Positions 45,841 to 56,162 of a DNA stretch of 64,000 bases are shown here, piece by piece (position 1 is the first letter of the stretch; every line of letters starts with the position of its first letter). This DNA comes from a virus: positions 32,390 to 96,389 of IMG/VR virus record IMGVR_UViG_3300000553_000012; one strand, given 5' to 3'. Position numbers and translations under genes: made by a program. The notes below the pieces were generated by a model. It was not told where the DNA came from. It was given only the letters and a program-made list of their open reading frames with translations, and made no database searches.

Positions 45841-46275
45841 ATGAAATTAGAAGAAATATATGATCTATGGAAAGAAGATTCAAATATTGATATTACAATT
45901 ATCGATAAAGTAGCGGTAAGTATTCCAAAACTTCATCATAAATATTATCAGATATTTTCTAATGAAAGACTTATTCTAAGAAAATTAGAAGCAGATTATA
46001 AAAAGTTATATCTATTAAAATTTGATTATTTTATGGGAGTACTTGATAAAGAAACTCTTGAAGAAAAGAGATGGAAACCTAATCCAAGAAATATCTTAAA
46101 ATCTGATATTCCAATGCATATCGATGCTGATGAAGATATTATCAATTTAACGTTAAAAATTTCATATCAAAAAGAAAAAATATTTGTTTTAGAGTCTATC
46201 ATTAAACAAATTCATGAAAGAGGATATATTGTTAAAAACTGGTTAGACTATCAAAGATTTATTAATGGAGCATAA
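45841..46275 (+). CDS. uvsY: recombination mediator
   Basis: W.EDS.ID, IPKLHHKY, synteny with uvsW. Confidence 0.88.
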   Translation: MKLEEIYDLWKEDSNIDITIIDKVAVSIPKLHHKYYQIFSNERLILRKLEADYKKLYLLKFDYFMGVLDKETLEEKRWKPNPRNILKSDIPMHIDADEDIINLTLKISYQKEKIFVLESIIKQIHERGYIVKNWLDYQRFINGA

Positions 46276-47726
46276 TGGACGATATAATAAAAATCTCTAA
46301 AGTAAATGAGACACACATAAAAATAGATTGCGATGCATCCGTAGCCATGGAGCTATCGGATCATTTTACATTTATGATTCCAAATGCTAAATTTCATCCA
46401 TTAGTTAAAAATAAAATCTGGGATGGGAAAATAAGATTAATGAATATAATGAATCGGCAAATATATGCTGGTTTATTAGATAGTGTTAAAGACTTTGCTA
46501 AATCTAGAAATTATGAAATAGAATTGTTGTCAGATTTTAATGATAATGAATATTCTTTAATAGAAGCTGAAAAATTTATTAAATCTCTTAATATACCATT
46601 TGAACCGCGGGATTATCAAATATCGGCTTTAGTTCATGGCATACGTAAAAATAGAGCATTGTTATTATCTCCAACAGCATCAGGAAAGTCATTAATTATA
46701 TATTTACTAATGAGATATTATAATGCGAGAACTCTTATTATTGTGCCAACTGTTTCTTTGGTTCATCAACTTGCTGGTGATTTTGCTGATTATGGGTTTA
46801 TGGATGGTGATAGTATTCATCGCATTACTTCTGGTACCGATAAACAATCAGATTGTAAAATTGTCATATCAACGTGGCAAAGTTTATACAAGATGGATAA
46901 AAAATATTTCTCGCAATTTGATGTGGTGATAGGAGATGAAGCACATCTTTTTAAAGCAAAATCTCTCACATCAATTATGGAAAAATTAACAGAATGCAAA
47001 TATAGATTTGGATTTACGGGAACGCTAGATGGCAGTGAGACAAATAAGCTAGTTCTTGAAGGTCTTTTTGGTGCAGTTAAAAAAGTTGCTTCTACTGTAG
47101 ACTTAATAGAAAAAAAATATTTAGCAGACTTAAAAATAAAAGTTCTTATGCTCAAATATTCTGATGAAGTAAAAAAACAAAATAAAAGAAATGATTATCA
47201 AACTGAAATAGATTTTATAGTAAGACATACAGGAAGAAATCGATTTATCAAAAATTTAGTGTTATCATTAAAAGGCAATACACTTTTATTATTTCAATAT
47301 ATCGATAAACACGGTAAAGAATTATATTCTGAAATTAATAATGAAGCTGTAGATAGAAAAGTATTTTTTATTCATGGTGGAATAGACGGAACAGATAGAG
47401 AAGAAATTCGTAAAATAGTTGAAAATGAAAAAAATGCTATAATTATAGCATCATCCGGCACATTTTCAACAGGAGTAAATCTTAAAAATTTACATAATGT
47501 CGTATTCAGTTCTCCAAGTAAGTCTAAAATAAAAACACTACAATCAATTGGCCGCGGCCTTAGAAAATCAAATACCAAAGAATTGATGACTCTTTTTGAT
47601 ATAGCAGATGATTTATCTTGGAAATCTAAAACAAATTATACTTTAGAACATTTTAAAGAAAGATTGAAAATTTATGCATCTGAAGGATTTGATTATAAAA
47701 TTTATTCAATCGATATCAAAGAATAA
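46275..47726 (+). CDS. uvsW: SF2 DNA helicase
   Basis: WDGKIRL, SPTASGKS, DEAH, QSIGRGLR. Confidence 0.95.
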   Translation: MDDIIKISKVNETHIKIDCDASVAMELSDHFTFMIPNAKFHPLVKNKIWDGKIRLMNIMNRQIYAGLLDSVKDFAKSRNYEIELLSDFNDNEYSLIEAEKFIKSLNIPFEPRDYQISALVHGIRKNRALLLSPTASGKSLIIYLLMRYYNARTLIIVPTVSLVHQLAGDFADYGFMDGDSIHRITSGTDKQSDCKIVISTWQSLYKMDKKYFSQFDVVIGDEAHLFKAKSLTSIMEKLTECKYRFGFTGTLDGSETNKLVLEGLFGAVKKVASTVDLIEKKYLADLKIKVLMLKYSDEVKKQNKRNDYQTEIDFIVRHTGRNRFIKNLVLSLKGNTLLLFQYIDKHGKELYSEINNEAVDRKVFFIHGGIDGTDREEIRKIVENEKNAIIIASSGTFSTGVNLKNLHNVVFSSPSKSKIKTLQSIGRGLRKSNTKELMTLFDIADDLSWKSKTNYTLEHFKERLKIYASEGFDYKIYSIDIKE

Positions 47727-47730
47727 TAAA

Positions 47731-48090
47731 ATGGAAGAATATGAATACATCATGTTAAAATTAGTCAGTGGTGAATTGATAATTTCTAGGATCGATTCTT
47801 CTACAGAAAATGAATACATTCTTGAATATCCTACAATAATCAATTATACACATGATTTTTTTAATTTTAAGACTCAAATATATTTTGTGGCGGTAAATCC
47901 TTTTAATATAATGCAAAAGCTGTTTACTTTAAATAAAAAGCATGTTATGATGGTATTTGATGTTGATATTGAATTAATAATGCATTATGAAAAAACTATT
48001 AGAAAAAAAATTAATCAATATGATGAATCAGAAGAAGAAAACTATTCATTAGAAGAATTTGAAATAACTCCAAATACCAGTATGAATTGA
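47731..48090 (+). CDS. conserved T4-like hypothetical (Sm-like) protein
   Basis: MLKLVSGELII; between uvsW and gp55. Confidence 0.65.
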   Translation: MEEYEYIMLKLVSGELIISRIDSSTENEYILEYPTIINYTHDFFNFKTQIYFVAVNPFNIMQKLFTLNKKHVMMVFDVDIELIMHYEKTIRKKINQYDESEEENYSLEEFEITPNTSMN

Positions 48091-48097
48091 GAATTAT

Positions 48098-48631
48098 ATG
48101 ACTAAACCACATTATGTAGACAATAAATCATTTTATTTAGCTTTAGTAGAATATAAAAAGAAAAAAATTGAAGCGGAAGCATTGGGCAAACCCATGCCAA
48201 GAATTCCGGAATATATTGGAGTATGCATTTTTAAAATAGCTACCAGACTTGCTTCAAAAGGAAATTTTGTAAATTATTCATATAAAGAAGAAATGATATC
48301 TGATGGAATTGAAAATTGCATAAATTATCTTCATAATTTTGATCCGGATAAATCAAACAATCCATTTGCATATTTTACACGAATTCTTTTTAATGCATAT
48401 GTTCTTCGAATTCAAAAAGAAAAGAAACAACTTTATATTAAATATAAGTCATTTGAAAATGCCGTTCTTGTTGGAGGATCACAAGATTTAAATTCTAGAG
48501 ATATGAAAGATTCTACTAATATGTCAGTAACAGACAATATGACTGAATTTGTAAATGATTATGAAAACAAATTAAATGAAAAAAAGATTCCGAAGAAAAA
48601 AGGAATTGAAATTTTTATTGAAGGAGATTAA
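48098..48631 (+). CDS. late-transcription sigma factor (T4 gp55)
   Basis: HYVDN, NFVNYSYKEEMISDGIENC, NPFAYFT. Confidence 0.95.
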   Translation: MTKPHYVDNKSFYLALVEYKKKKIEAEALGKPMPRIPEYIGVCIFKIATRLASKGNFVNYSYKEEMISDGIENCINYLHNFDPDKSNNPFAYFTRILFNAYVLRIQKEKKQLYIKYKSFENAVLVGGSQDLNSRDMKDSTNMSVTDNMTEFVNDYENKLNEKKIPKKKGIEIFIEGD

Positions 48632-48632
48632 A

Positions 48633-48827
48633 ATGAAAACGTCGAGAGAAAATATTCCAGCAATAGTACAACAAATTGGCAATAGTATATTAGATTCTAC
48701 TAATAAAATTTATGTGCGTGAAAATTATAGAATGACTTTAGTATCTATTCGTAATTATTGTGATGAGATTATTGGAACATATGATAAAAATTCTCTTAAA
48801 GAAGAAGCTAAGAAAAAGAGGGCTTAA
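48633..48827 (+). CDS. hypothetical protein
   Basis: MKTSRENIP after AAGGAG. Confidence 0.6.
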   Translation: MKTSRENIPAIVQQIGNSILDSTNKIYVRENYRMTLVSIRNYCDEIIGTYDKNSLKEEAKKKRA

Positions 48828-49903
48828 TGAAAATAGCTGTTCTTGGCGATACTCATTTTGGAGCCAGAAACGATAGTTTAATTTTTCATAATTTTTTTAA
48901 GAATTTTTATAATGAAGTATTTTTTCCATATCTTGTAAAGAATAATATCAAATATTTTATTCAAGTAGGCGATCTATTTGATAGAAGAAAATATATTAAT
49001 TTTAATACATTACAATTATGTAAAGAATATTTTTTTGATAAATTAAAAGAATATGATTTAACTATGATTGTTTTTCCTGGCAATCATGACATTTTTTATA
49101 AAAATACTTTAAAAGTAAATTCTCTTAATTTACTTCTACAAGAATATAAAAATAAAGAAATTATTATAGTTGATCGTCCAGTAGATATGTTTTTTGGAAA
49201 AAATTATGAATATAAATTAGCTTTACTTCCATGGATATGCGATGATAATGATGTAGAAACCTTTGAATTTATAAAAAATACAACCTCACAAATTTGTCTT
49301 GGTCACTTAGAATTAAGTGGTTTTGAAATGTATAAAGGAGCACTTCATAATGAAGGCATGGATTCGGCTCTATTTAATAAATTTGATATAGTTCTTTCTG
49401 GACACTATCATCATCGATCTACTAAAAACAATATTACATATTTAGGAACACCTTATGAAATAACTTGGTCAGATTATAATGATCCTAAAGGTTTTCATAT
49501 TCTAAATCTAGAAAATAGACATTTGACATTTATTGAAAATCCTTATAGAATATTTTATAAGATAATATACGATGATTCAAATACTGATCTAAAATCATTA
49601 ATGAATACCGACTTTAGCAAATATAACAATACCTATGTAAAAGTTGTTGTTATATCAAAAAATAATCCTTATTGGTTTGATCTTTTTATTGATGCAATAG
49701 AAAATGCTGGAGCAGTTAATATTCAAGTAGTAGATGATAATCTCAATCTTCAAATGGTGCCAGATGAAGATTTGGTGAATGAAGCAGAAGATACATTGAC
49801 AATTCTTAAACACTACATTGATAATCTTGAAATGGAAACAGATAAATCAGCATTAGACAATCTAATGAGATCATTATATGAAGAGGCTTTGAGTATAGAG
49901 TGA
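48827..49903 (+). CDS. recombination endonuclease subunit (T4 gp47, Mre11-like)
   Basis: DTHFG, GDLFD, GNHD, GHLE, SGHYH. Confidence 0.95.
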   Translation: MKIAVLGDTHFGARNDSLIFHNFFKNFYNEVFFPYLVKNNIKYFIQVGDLFDRRKYINFNTLQLCKEYFFDKLKEYDLTMIVFPGNHDIFYKNTLKVNSLNLLLQEYKNKEIIIVDRPVDMFFGKNYEYKLALLPWICDDNDVETFEFIKNTTSQICLGHLELSGFEMYKGALHNEGMDSALFNKFDIVLSGHYHHRSTKNNITYLGTPYEITWSDYNDPKGFHILNLENRHLTFIENPYRIFYKIIYDDSNTDLKSLMNTDFSKYNNTYVKVVVISKNNPYWFDLFIDAIENAGAVNIQVVDDNLNLQMVPDEDLVNEAEDTLTILKHYIDNLEMETDKSALDNLMRSLYEEALSIE

Positions 49904-51621
49904 TTTATTTTAAATATGTACGCTGGCGCAATTTATTAAGCACAGGGAATACTTTTACTGAAATTCAACTCAATAAAAATCCCACTACACTTATAATCGG
50001 TGAAAACGGTGCAGGAAAATCGACTCTTATAGAGGCTATCTCTTACGGATTATATGGTAAGCCATTTCGTAAGATTAATAAACCACAGTTGATAAATTCT
50101 ATTAATAACAAAAATATGTTAGTAGAAGTAGAATTTAATATTGGTTCTAAAGAATATCTTATTCGCCGTGGAATTAAACCAAATATATTTGAAATTATAG
50201 TGGATGGAAATCTTTTAAATCAAGACGCTTCCGTGCGTGACTATCAAGAAATACTTGAAAAAAATATTTTAAGATTAAGTCATAAATCATTTTCTCAAAT
50301 AATTACTTTAGGTGCGTCTACTTTTATTCCATTTATGCAGCTTCCAGCACATTCTCGTCGTGAATTTATTGAAGACCTTCTTGATATTCAAATATTTTCT
50401 ACAATGAATATTATTCTCAAATCTCGTATTCAAGAAAATAAAGACAATATTGCTGATTGCTCATCTAAATTATCTTTGTGTGAACAAAAAATTGAACTCA
50501 GTAAAAAACATATAAAAACTCTTCAACAAAATACAGAAGAAATGATATCTATTAAAAGAAAATCTATTAATGAACAAGAAGAAATCAAATGGAACATTTC
50601 TAAAAAAATAGACAATAACAGAATAATTATTGAATTAGAAAAACAAAAAGAAATAGATGCAATTTATCCAAATATTACAAAAAGAGATAAGTTTATTTTA
50701 TTAGAACAACAATTAAGAAATAAATTAGATAAGATTAATTCTGATATTGAATTTTATGATAAGCATAAAACTTGCCCTAAATGTAAACAAGATATAGATC
50801 ATAATTTTCATTCTGATATACAGGATGAAAATCAACAGAAAAAAACAGAAACAGAAAATGGTCTTTCTAAAATCAAAGAACAAATAGACGATTTAAATTT
50901 ATTTGTAGAAAAGATTAAAACATTAAAAAACGATATTATTATATTATCAAATGAAATGAAATCGTGGGATCGCGATATTATTGGTATTGACAATTATATC
51001 AAAAATCTTGTAATAGAGATTGAAACATTACAACAGCAAAAACAAAAAATTGAAGAAGATTCTATTGAATTAAATTCTGCCAAAGATGAACTTATAGATA
51101 TTCAAAAGAAAAAAGAAAATTTGACAAATGAACGATCTGTTTTAGGAATGGCTGGAATATTATTAAAAGATGGAGGTATCAAAACTCAAATTATAAAGCA
51201 ATATGTGCCAATTATGAATAAATTGATCAATAAATATTTGGCTTCTTTAGATTTTTTTGTTGATTTTCAACTAGACGAAAATTTTGAAGAAAAAATAAAA
51301 TCTAGATTTCGTGATGAATTCTCATATGGTTCATTCTCTGAAGGTGAGAAGATGAGAATAAATTTAGCACTATTATTTACATGGAGAGCAGTATCAAAAC
51401 TTCGTAATAGTGCAAGTACAAATCTTCTTATTATGGATGAAGTATTTGATAGCTCATTAGATACATCTGGAACTGAAGAATTCTTTAAAATTCTAGAAAG
51501 TGTATCCACTGATAATAATATATTTGTGATATCACACAAAGGAGAGCAATTGATTGATAAATTTAGTAATATAATTAAGTTTGAAAAAACAAAGAATTTC
51601 AGTGTAAAAATAGAACAATGA
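49900..51621 (+). CDS. recombination ATPase subunit (T4 gp46, Rad50-like)
   Basis: GENGAGKS, CPKC hook, FSEGEK, MDEVFD. Confidence 0.95.
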   Translation: MIYFKYVRWRNLLSTGNTFTEIQLNKNPTTLIIGENGAGKSTLIEAISYGLYGKPFRKINKPQLINSINNKNMLVEVEFNIGSKEYLIRRGIKPNIFEIIVDGNLLNQDASVRDYQEILEKNILRLSHKSFSQIITLGASTFIPFMQLPAHSRREFIEDLLDIQIFSTMNIILKSRIQENKDNIADCSSKLSLCEQKIELSKKHIKTLQQNTEEMISIKRKSINEQEEIKWNISKKIDNNRIIIELEKQKEIDAIYPNITKRDKFILLEQQLRNKLDKINSDIEFYDKHKTCPKCKQDIDHNFHSDIQDENQQKKTETENGLSKIKEQIDDLNLFVEKIKTLKNDIIILSNEMKSWDRDIIGIDNYIKNLVIEIETLQQQKQKIEEDSIELNSAKDELIDIQKKKENLTNERSVLGMAGILLKDGGIKTQIIKQYVPIMNKLINKYLASLDFFVDFQLDENFEEKIKSRFRDEFSYGSFSEGEKMRINLALLFTWRAVSKLRNSASTNLLIMDEVFDSSLDTSGTEEFFKILESVSTDNNIFVISHKGEQLIDKFSNIIKFEKTKNFSVKIEQ

Positions 51622-51932
51622 ATTATTATGATCCAAAAAAAATTAAAATAGGTGATAGATTATTAGTAACAATTGATTCAATTTTAACAACTTCACACGA
51701 TTATATTGTACTAACCGATGATAAAAATCATAGTAGTTTATTTTCAATCAATGTTCAAAAATATTTACCTGAAAAAGTTGAATTTAAAATTGGAGATATT
51801 GTAAAAACAATACATACACAAGAAGCAAAATACACAATTGATGCTTTATATGAAGATTGTATTTGGCTTAGATATGATCAACTTCCACAACTATATGTTT
51901 ATGATAAACAAGATGTTTATTTAGTAGATTGA
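51618..51932 (+). CDS. hypothetical protein
   Basis: two KIGD repeats. Confidence 0.55.
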   Translation: MNYYDPKKIKIGDRLLVTIDSILTTSHDYIVLTDDKNHSSLFSINVQKYLPEKVEFKIGDIVKTIHTQEAKYTIDALYEDCIWLRYDQLPQLYVYDKQDVYLVD

Positions 51933-52327
51933 TTTCTGGGTTTTTTAGATTTTGTTATTTCTAAATTATCAATTCTTGTATTAAGCAAATGAAAATGATT
52001 ATCTAAATGATCTATAAGAAATTGAAGCCTTTTATGATCATCTGATTCTAAATTATATATTGCAATATTTCTTTTTCTATCAATGTCTTCTTTTCGATTG
52101 GAAGACATCATAATAGCAGGAGCAGTATAAGCAGCTTGAAAACTAAGAAATAAATTTAATAATATAAATGGATATGGATCAAATTTGAAAGATGCAAATA
52201 GATTAATTATTATCCAAAACGCAATGAGAATTGATTGAATAATGATAAAACGCCATGAGCCTACTATAGAGGCAACTTTATCAGCTAAATGCTGGCCAAA
52301 TGTTAATGGTAGATTAGATTCTGCCAT
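51917..52327 (-). CDS. DUF1003-family membrane protein
   Basis: TFGQ.LAD....VGSW.FI, FDPYPFILLNL.LS..AA..AP.IMMS. Confidence 0.88.
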   Translation of the reverse strand: MAESNLPLTFGQHLADKVASIVGSWRFIIIQSILIAFWIIINLFASFKFDPYPFILLNLFLSFQAAYTAPAIMMSSNRKEDIDRKRNIAIYNLESDDHKRLQFLIDHLDNHFHLLNTRIDNLEITKSKKPRNQSTK

Positions 52328-52350
52328 AAATTCCTCCTATAAGATTTTTA

Positions 52351-52358
52351 TATTTATA
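52351..52358 (-). promoter_or_regulatory. T4-type late promoter for DUF1003 gene
   Basis: TATAAATA, followed by AGGAGG SD. Confidence 0.65.
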
Positions 52359-52374
52359 TATTTTGGAGAATATA

Positions 52375-52893
52375 ATGACTATACTTACGTTGGTAGATAA
52401 TACCGATCAGATTTTAAAAACCAAACTAGAACCATTTAATTTTTACACTCCTCCGTGTGATCCTATTAAATTAGCAAAAGATTTGACTGAAACGATGATT
52501 TCAAATCACGGATTGGGTTTGGCGGCAAATCAAGTCGGTCTTCCCTATCGAGTATTTGTTCTTACTGGTGAGCAAGTTTATGCTTGTTTTAATCCAAGAA
52601 TAGTTGACATTTCTTCAGAAATGGTGTATATTAATGAAGGCTGTTTGAGTTATCCTGGTATGGTAGTAAAGATTAAACGACCAAGAGCAATCAAAGTAAG
52701 ATTTACTATGCCTAACGGTGAAACTACAACAACAAAGTTTGATGGACTTACCTCCAGATGTTTTCAACATGAATTAGATCATTTGAATGGCATATGTCAC
52801 TTAGACATTGCACATCCATTTCATAAAGAAAAGTCTCTTAAACTACTTAAGATACACAATCGAATCCTTAAAAAGACAGGAACTAAAAAATGA
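52375..52893 (+). CDS. def: peptide deformylase
   Basis: GLGLAANQVG, EGCLS, QHELDHL. Confidence 0.93.
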   Translation: MTILTLVDNTDQILKTKLEPFNFYTPPCDPIKLAKDLTETMISNHGLGLAANQVGLPYRVFVLTGEQVYACFNPRIVDISSEMVYINEGCLSYPGMVVKIKRPRAIKVRFTMPNGETTTTKFDGLTSRCFQHELDHLNGICHLDIAHPFHKEKSLKLLKIHNRILKKTGTKK

Positions 52894-53234
52894 GTAAACC
52901 CACAGTCGAAGAATCTTCTGAATATGAAAACTGTTTAGATACAGAGAATGTATCATATGGAGTTTCTAATTTAAATGATTTTTTTCCTGAAAATGCAACA
53001 GAAGAACAAAATGATACTAAGTGGAAAAAACATTGGGTAGGAATGCCCGAATACAAGCAAGAAGACAATCCAACATATAAAACAATCTATGTTCATTTTA
53101 GAAACGAAGAAGATTACCAAGAATTCGCAAACATAATTGGTCAATCTTTGACAAAAAAGACAAAGAGTATTTGGCATCCACGACTAGATCGCGATGCTAA
53201 TGCATTACGTAGGTGGATTGAAACGGATGACTAA
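52890..53234 (+). CDS. small partner of putative DNA glycosyltransferase
   Basis: HWVGMPEY.Q, VHFRNEED..F...GQ..T.KTKSIW.P; coupled to next gene. Confidence 0.7.
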   Translation: MSKPTVEESSEYENCLDTENVSYGVSNLNDFFPENATEEQNDTKWKKHWVGMPEYKQEDNPTYKTIYVHFRNEEDYQEFANIIGQSLTKKTKSIWHPRLDRDANALRRWIETDD

Positions 53235-54144
53235 TCCAAAATATCCTGTCTATATTATTAGTAAGGGTCGGCACGAATCAATGCTAACCTCTCGTTCTTT
53301 GTCTCGTATGAAAGTACCCCATTATATTGCGATTGAACCACAGGACGAAGAGCTGTATGAACAAGCTCTAGATAACTTCGACATTCGTGAATATGTTACA
53401 CTTTTGATTGCTCCATTCAGCAATCACGGTGATGGTCCTGGTCGTGCTAGAAATTGGTGTTGGGATCATTCTATTTCTATTGGCGCAACTAGTCATTGGG
53501 TGATGGATGATAATATCACGGACTTTTATCGTCTCCATGAAAACAGCCGTATACGTGTTGAATCTGGTGTAATATTCAAAGCAGCAGAAGATTTTGTTGA
53601 TCGATATGAAAATGTTCTAATCTCTGGTTTTCAATATAGATTTTTTATTGCTCCTAATCAAAAATATCCACCTTATGTGACAAACACCCGCATCTATTCA
53701 ACTTTGCTTATTCGAAACGATTGCAAACATCGCTGGCGCGGCCGTTACAATGAAGATACTGATATCTGTCTTCGTGTATTGAAAGATGGTGATTGCACTA
53801 TTCAGTTTAACGCTTTTCTTCAAGGTAAAGCGGCGACACAAACAGTAAAAGGTGGCAACACCAGTGAATTTTATCATGCTGAAGGAACACAAGATAAGAC
53901 TCACTGGAGAGACGGGCACCTTAATCCAGAGGGCACCATCAATAAATCACAGATGCTAGTGGACATGCATCCAGACGTTGCCAGAATGGTTTTTCGATAC
54001 GGTAGATGGCATCATTACGTTGATTATAGCTCATTCAAGAAAAATCAACTTAAGCTAAAGTCTGATATTGATTTAAAATCTTTACCTAAAATTAATAATT
54101 ATGGAATGAAATTGATTAAATTAGATAAAAGTGATGTTTCATGA
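53227..54144 (+). CDS. GT-A glycosyltransferase, TAGT/GREB1-like (putative DNA-base glycosyltransferase)
   Basis: PVYIISKGR, ARNWCW, WVMDDNI, YNEDTD..L, KGGNT, RWHHYVD. Confidence 0.75.
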   Translation: MTNPKYPVYIISKGRHESMLTSRSLSRMKVPHYIAIEPQDEELYEQALDNFDIREYVTLLIAPFSNHGDGPGRARNWCWDHSISIGATSHWVMDDNITDFYRLHENSRIRVESGVIFKAAEDFVDRYENVLISGFQYRFFIAPNQKYPPYVTNTRIYSTLLIRNDCKHRWRGRYNEDTDICLRVLKDGDCTIQFNAFLQGKAATQTVKGGNTSEFYHAEGTQDKTHWRDGHLNPEGTINKSQMLVDMHPDVARMVFRYGRWHHYVDYSSFKKNQLKLKSDIDLKSLPKINNYGMKLIKLDKSDVS

Positions 54145-54608
54145 TATCTACAAGTAATTGGAATAAACGATATTTAGAACTAGCAAAACACGTATCTTCG
54201 TGGTCTAAAGATCCTTCTACTAAAATTGGATCCGTAGCTGTTGGAAATGGAGGACAAATATTATCATTAGGATATAATGGATTTCCTAGAAACATTGAAG
54301 ATGATCATCGATTGATTGATAGAGAAATTAAATATTCTTTAGTAGTACATGCTGAAATGAATGTCATTTACAATGCATCTTTGAATGGAGTATCTTTAAA
54401 AGATTCTACACTATATGTACATGGTCTGCCTATTTGTTCAGAATGTGCTAAAGGCGTTATTCAAGTTGGTATTAAAAAAGTAGTTATGCAGTTTGATAAA
54501 AATATTAATAAAAAATGGACAGATTCCTTCAAATTGACGAAAAATATGTTCACAGAATCTAATATTTCTTTTATAGAATATGATGAGGAATTGATAAACG
54601 ATGGATAA
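54141..54608 (+). CDS. dCMP deaminase
   Basis: SKDPSTKIG, GYNGFP, HAEMN, PICSEC. Confidence 0.92.
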   Translation: MISTSNWNKRYLELAKHVSSWSKDPSTKIGSVAVGNGGQILSLGYNGFPRNIEDDHRLIDREIKYSLVVHAEMNVIYNASLNGVSLKDSTLYVHGLPICSECAKGVIQVGIKKVVMQFDKNINKKWTDSFKLTKNMFTESNISFIEYDEELINDG

Positions 54609-55050
54609 AAAATTTGATACTGATGGCTGGGTTATTCCTGTAGACAATGCATTACACGGTAAAGAATATGATGATTGGGAACATGCGAACTCGATGAAAA
54701 CTCTTGGCCGAGTTACAATTTCTTCTAGTCTTTCAGATGAAAGTTTATTGAATGTTTCTCATACCAACATTCAATATAAATACAATGAGGATGAAGTTTT
54801 AGAAGAACTTAAATCCTATATTAATGCTACATACGGTCAGCATTATTCTCAAAATAAATTTCAAGCTACAGAGTTTATTATTGATTCTGGCCATGGCATA
54901 GGATTTTGTATTGGGAATATGATGAAGTATACTCAGCGATATGGACGAAAGGGAACACCCGAACAGTGGCGGCAGGATATTCTTAAAGTAATTCATTATG
55001 CCATTATTCAACTTTATGTTCATGATTCAGAACACAGACTATCAACGTGA
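54601..55050 (+). CDS. DUF3310-like conserved phage protein
   Basis: YKYNE..TYGQHY..GFCIGNMMKY..RYG.K...D..K..HY. Confidence 0.75.
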   Translation: MDKKFDTDGWVIPVDNALHGKEYDDWEHANSMKTLGRVTISSSLSDESLLNVSHTNIQYKYNEDEVLEELKSYINATYGQHYSQNKFQATEFIIDSGHGIGFCIGNMMKYTQRYGRKGTPEQWRQDILKVIHYAIIQLYVHDSEHRLST

Positions 55051-55143
55051 AATGTTTCATATTGACTAAATTGTGGTTGGTATGAAAGAAAAATAATCAA
55101 AAGAGACCAAAATGGTCGATTTACAAAAGAAAGGTAATATAAT

Positions 55144-56106
55144 ATGGAAGTGAAAATTCCCGTAGAAGAATTAAGGAAAAGAAAGCTTTTTGTTGCCACG
55201 CCGATGTATGGAGGCATGTGCGCTGGTATGTTTTGTCGAAGCACAAACGATCTATCAGCCATCGCGGTGCATTATGGTATTGAAGTAAAATACTATTATC
55301 TTTTCAATGAATCCCTTATTACTCGTGCTAGAAATTATTGTATTGATGAATTCATGCGATCAGATTGCACCCATCTTTTATTCATCGACTCAGATATTGG
55401 GTTTAATGCAAATGATGTTCTGACAATGCTTGCTCTTCAATCTGATGAAAGCGAGTATGATATTTTATGTGCTCCATACCCCAAGAAGTGTATTTCTTGG
55501 GAAAAAGTTAAGACTGCGGTTGATAAAGGAATTGCAGATGAAGATCCAAATATTCTAGAAAAGTTCGTTGGAGATTATGTTTTTAATCCCGCCAATGGCA
55601 CAAATGAAATTAAGATTGCTGAACCCGCAGAAGTACTAGAGTCTGGCACCGGGTTCATGATGATTCGTAAGGAAGCACTTCTAAAAATGGGACGTGAATA
55701 TCCTCATCTTATGTATCGACCGGATCATGTTAGAACTGCTGCATTTGACGGTTCCCGAGAAATCATGTGTTTATTTGATGCTCTTATTGATAATAAACAT
55801 GCTCAAATTGTTCCTGAAATTCGCGAGTTTTATAAACAAAATCCAAATGCCACTCAAGAAGAAGTTGTCGCATTTATCGATGATGTTAAGAATAGTGCGT
55901 TTGGATTTGAATATTCAAATCGTTATCTGTCAGAAGATTACATGTTTTGTCAATGGGCCCGTAAGATTGGATTAAAGGTTTGGTTGTGTCCATGGATTGG
56001 ATTACAACATGTTGGATCATATGTCTTTGGTGGTTCTCTTGCTGATTTAGCGGCGGTGGGGGCGGCTGCCACGGCTGATCCTTCTAAACTTGGAAAAAAG
56101 GCTTGA
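55144..56106 (+). CDS. GT-A fold glycosyltransferase-like protein
   Basis: ATPMYGG, NESLITRARN, FIDSD, GTGFM, YLSEDY.FC. Confidence 0.8.
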   Translation: MEVKIPVEELRKRKLFVATPMYGGMCAGMFCRSTNDLSAIAVHYGIEVKYYYLFNESLITRARNYCIDEFMRSDCTHLLFIDSDIGFNANDVLTMLALQSDESEYDILCAPYPKKCISWEKVKTAVDKGIADEDPNILEKFVGDYVFNPANGTNEIKIAEPAEVLESGTGFMMIRKEALLKMGREYPHLMYRPDHVRTAAFDGSREIMCLFDALIDNKHAQIVPEIREFYKQNPNATQEEVVAFIDDVKNSAFGFEYSNRYLSEDYMFCQWARKIGLKVWLCPWIGLQHVGSYVFGGSLADLAAVGAAATADPSKLGKKA

Positions 56107-56131
56107 CATTAATTTTATAGTGATATATTAT
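56103..56131 (+). promoter_or_regulatory. sigma70-like promoter
   Basis: TTGACA-17-TATTAT upstream of gp45. Confidence 0.6.
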
Positions 56132-56162
56132 AGATTATATTATAATAAAGGAGCTTTATATA

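Noticed and set aside
55051-55140. Short frame ending KRDQNGRFTKER
   Set aside because: No convincing start; possibly a gene remnant, cannot be supported
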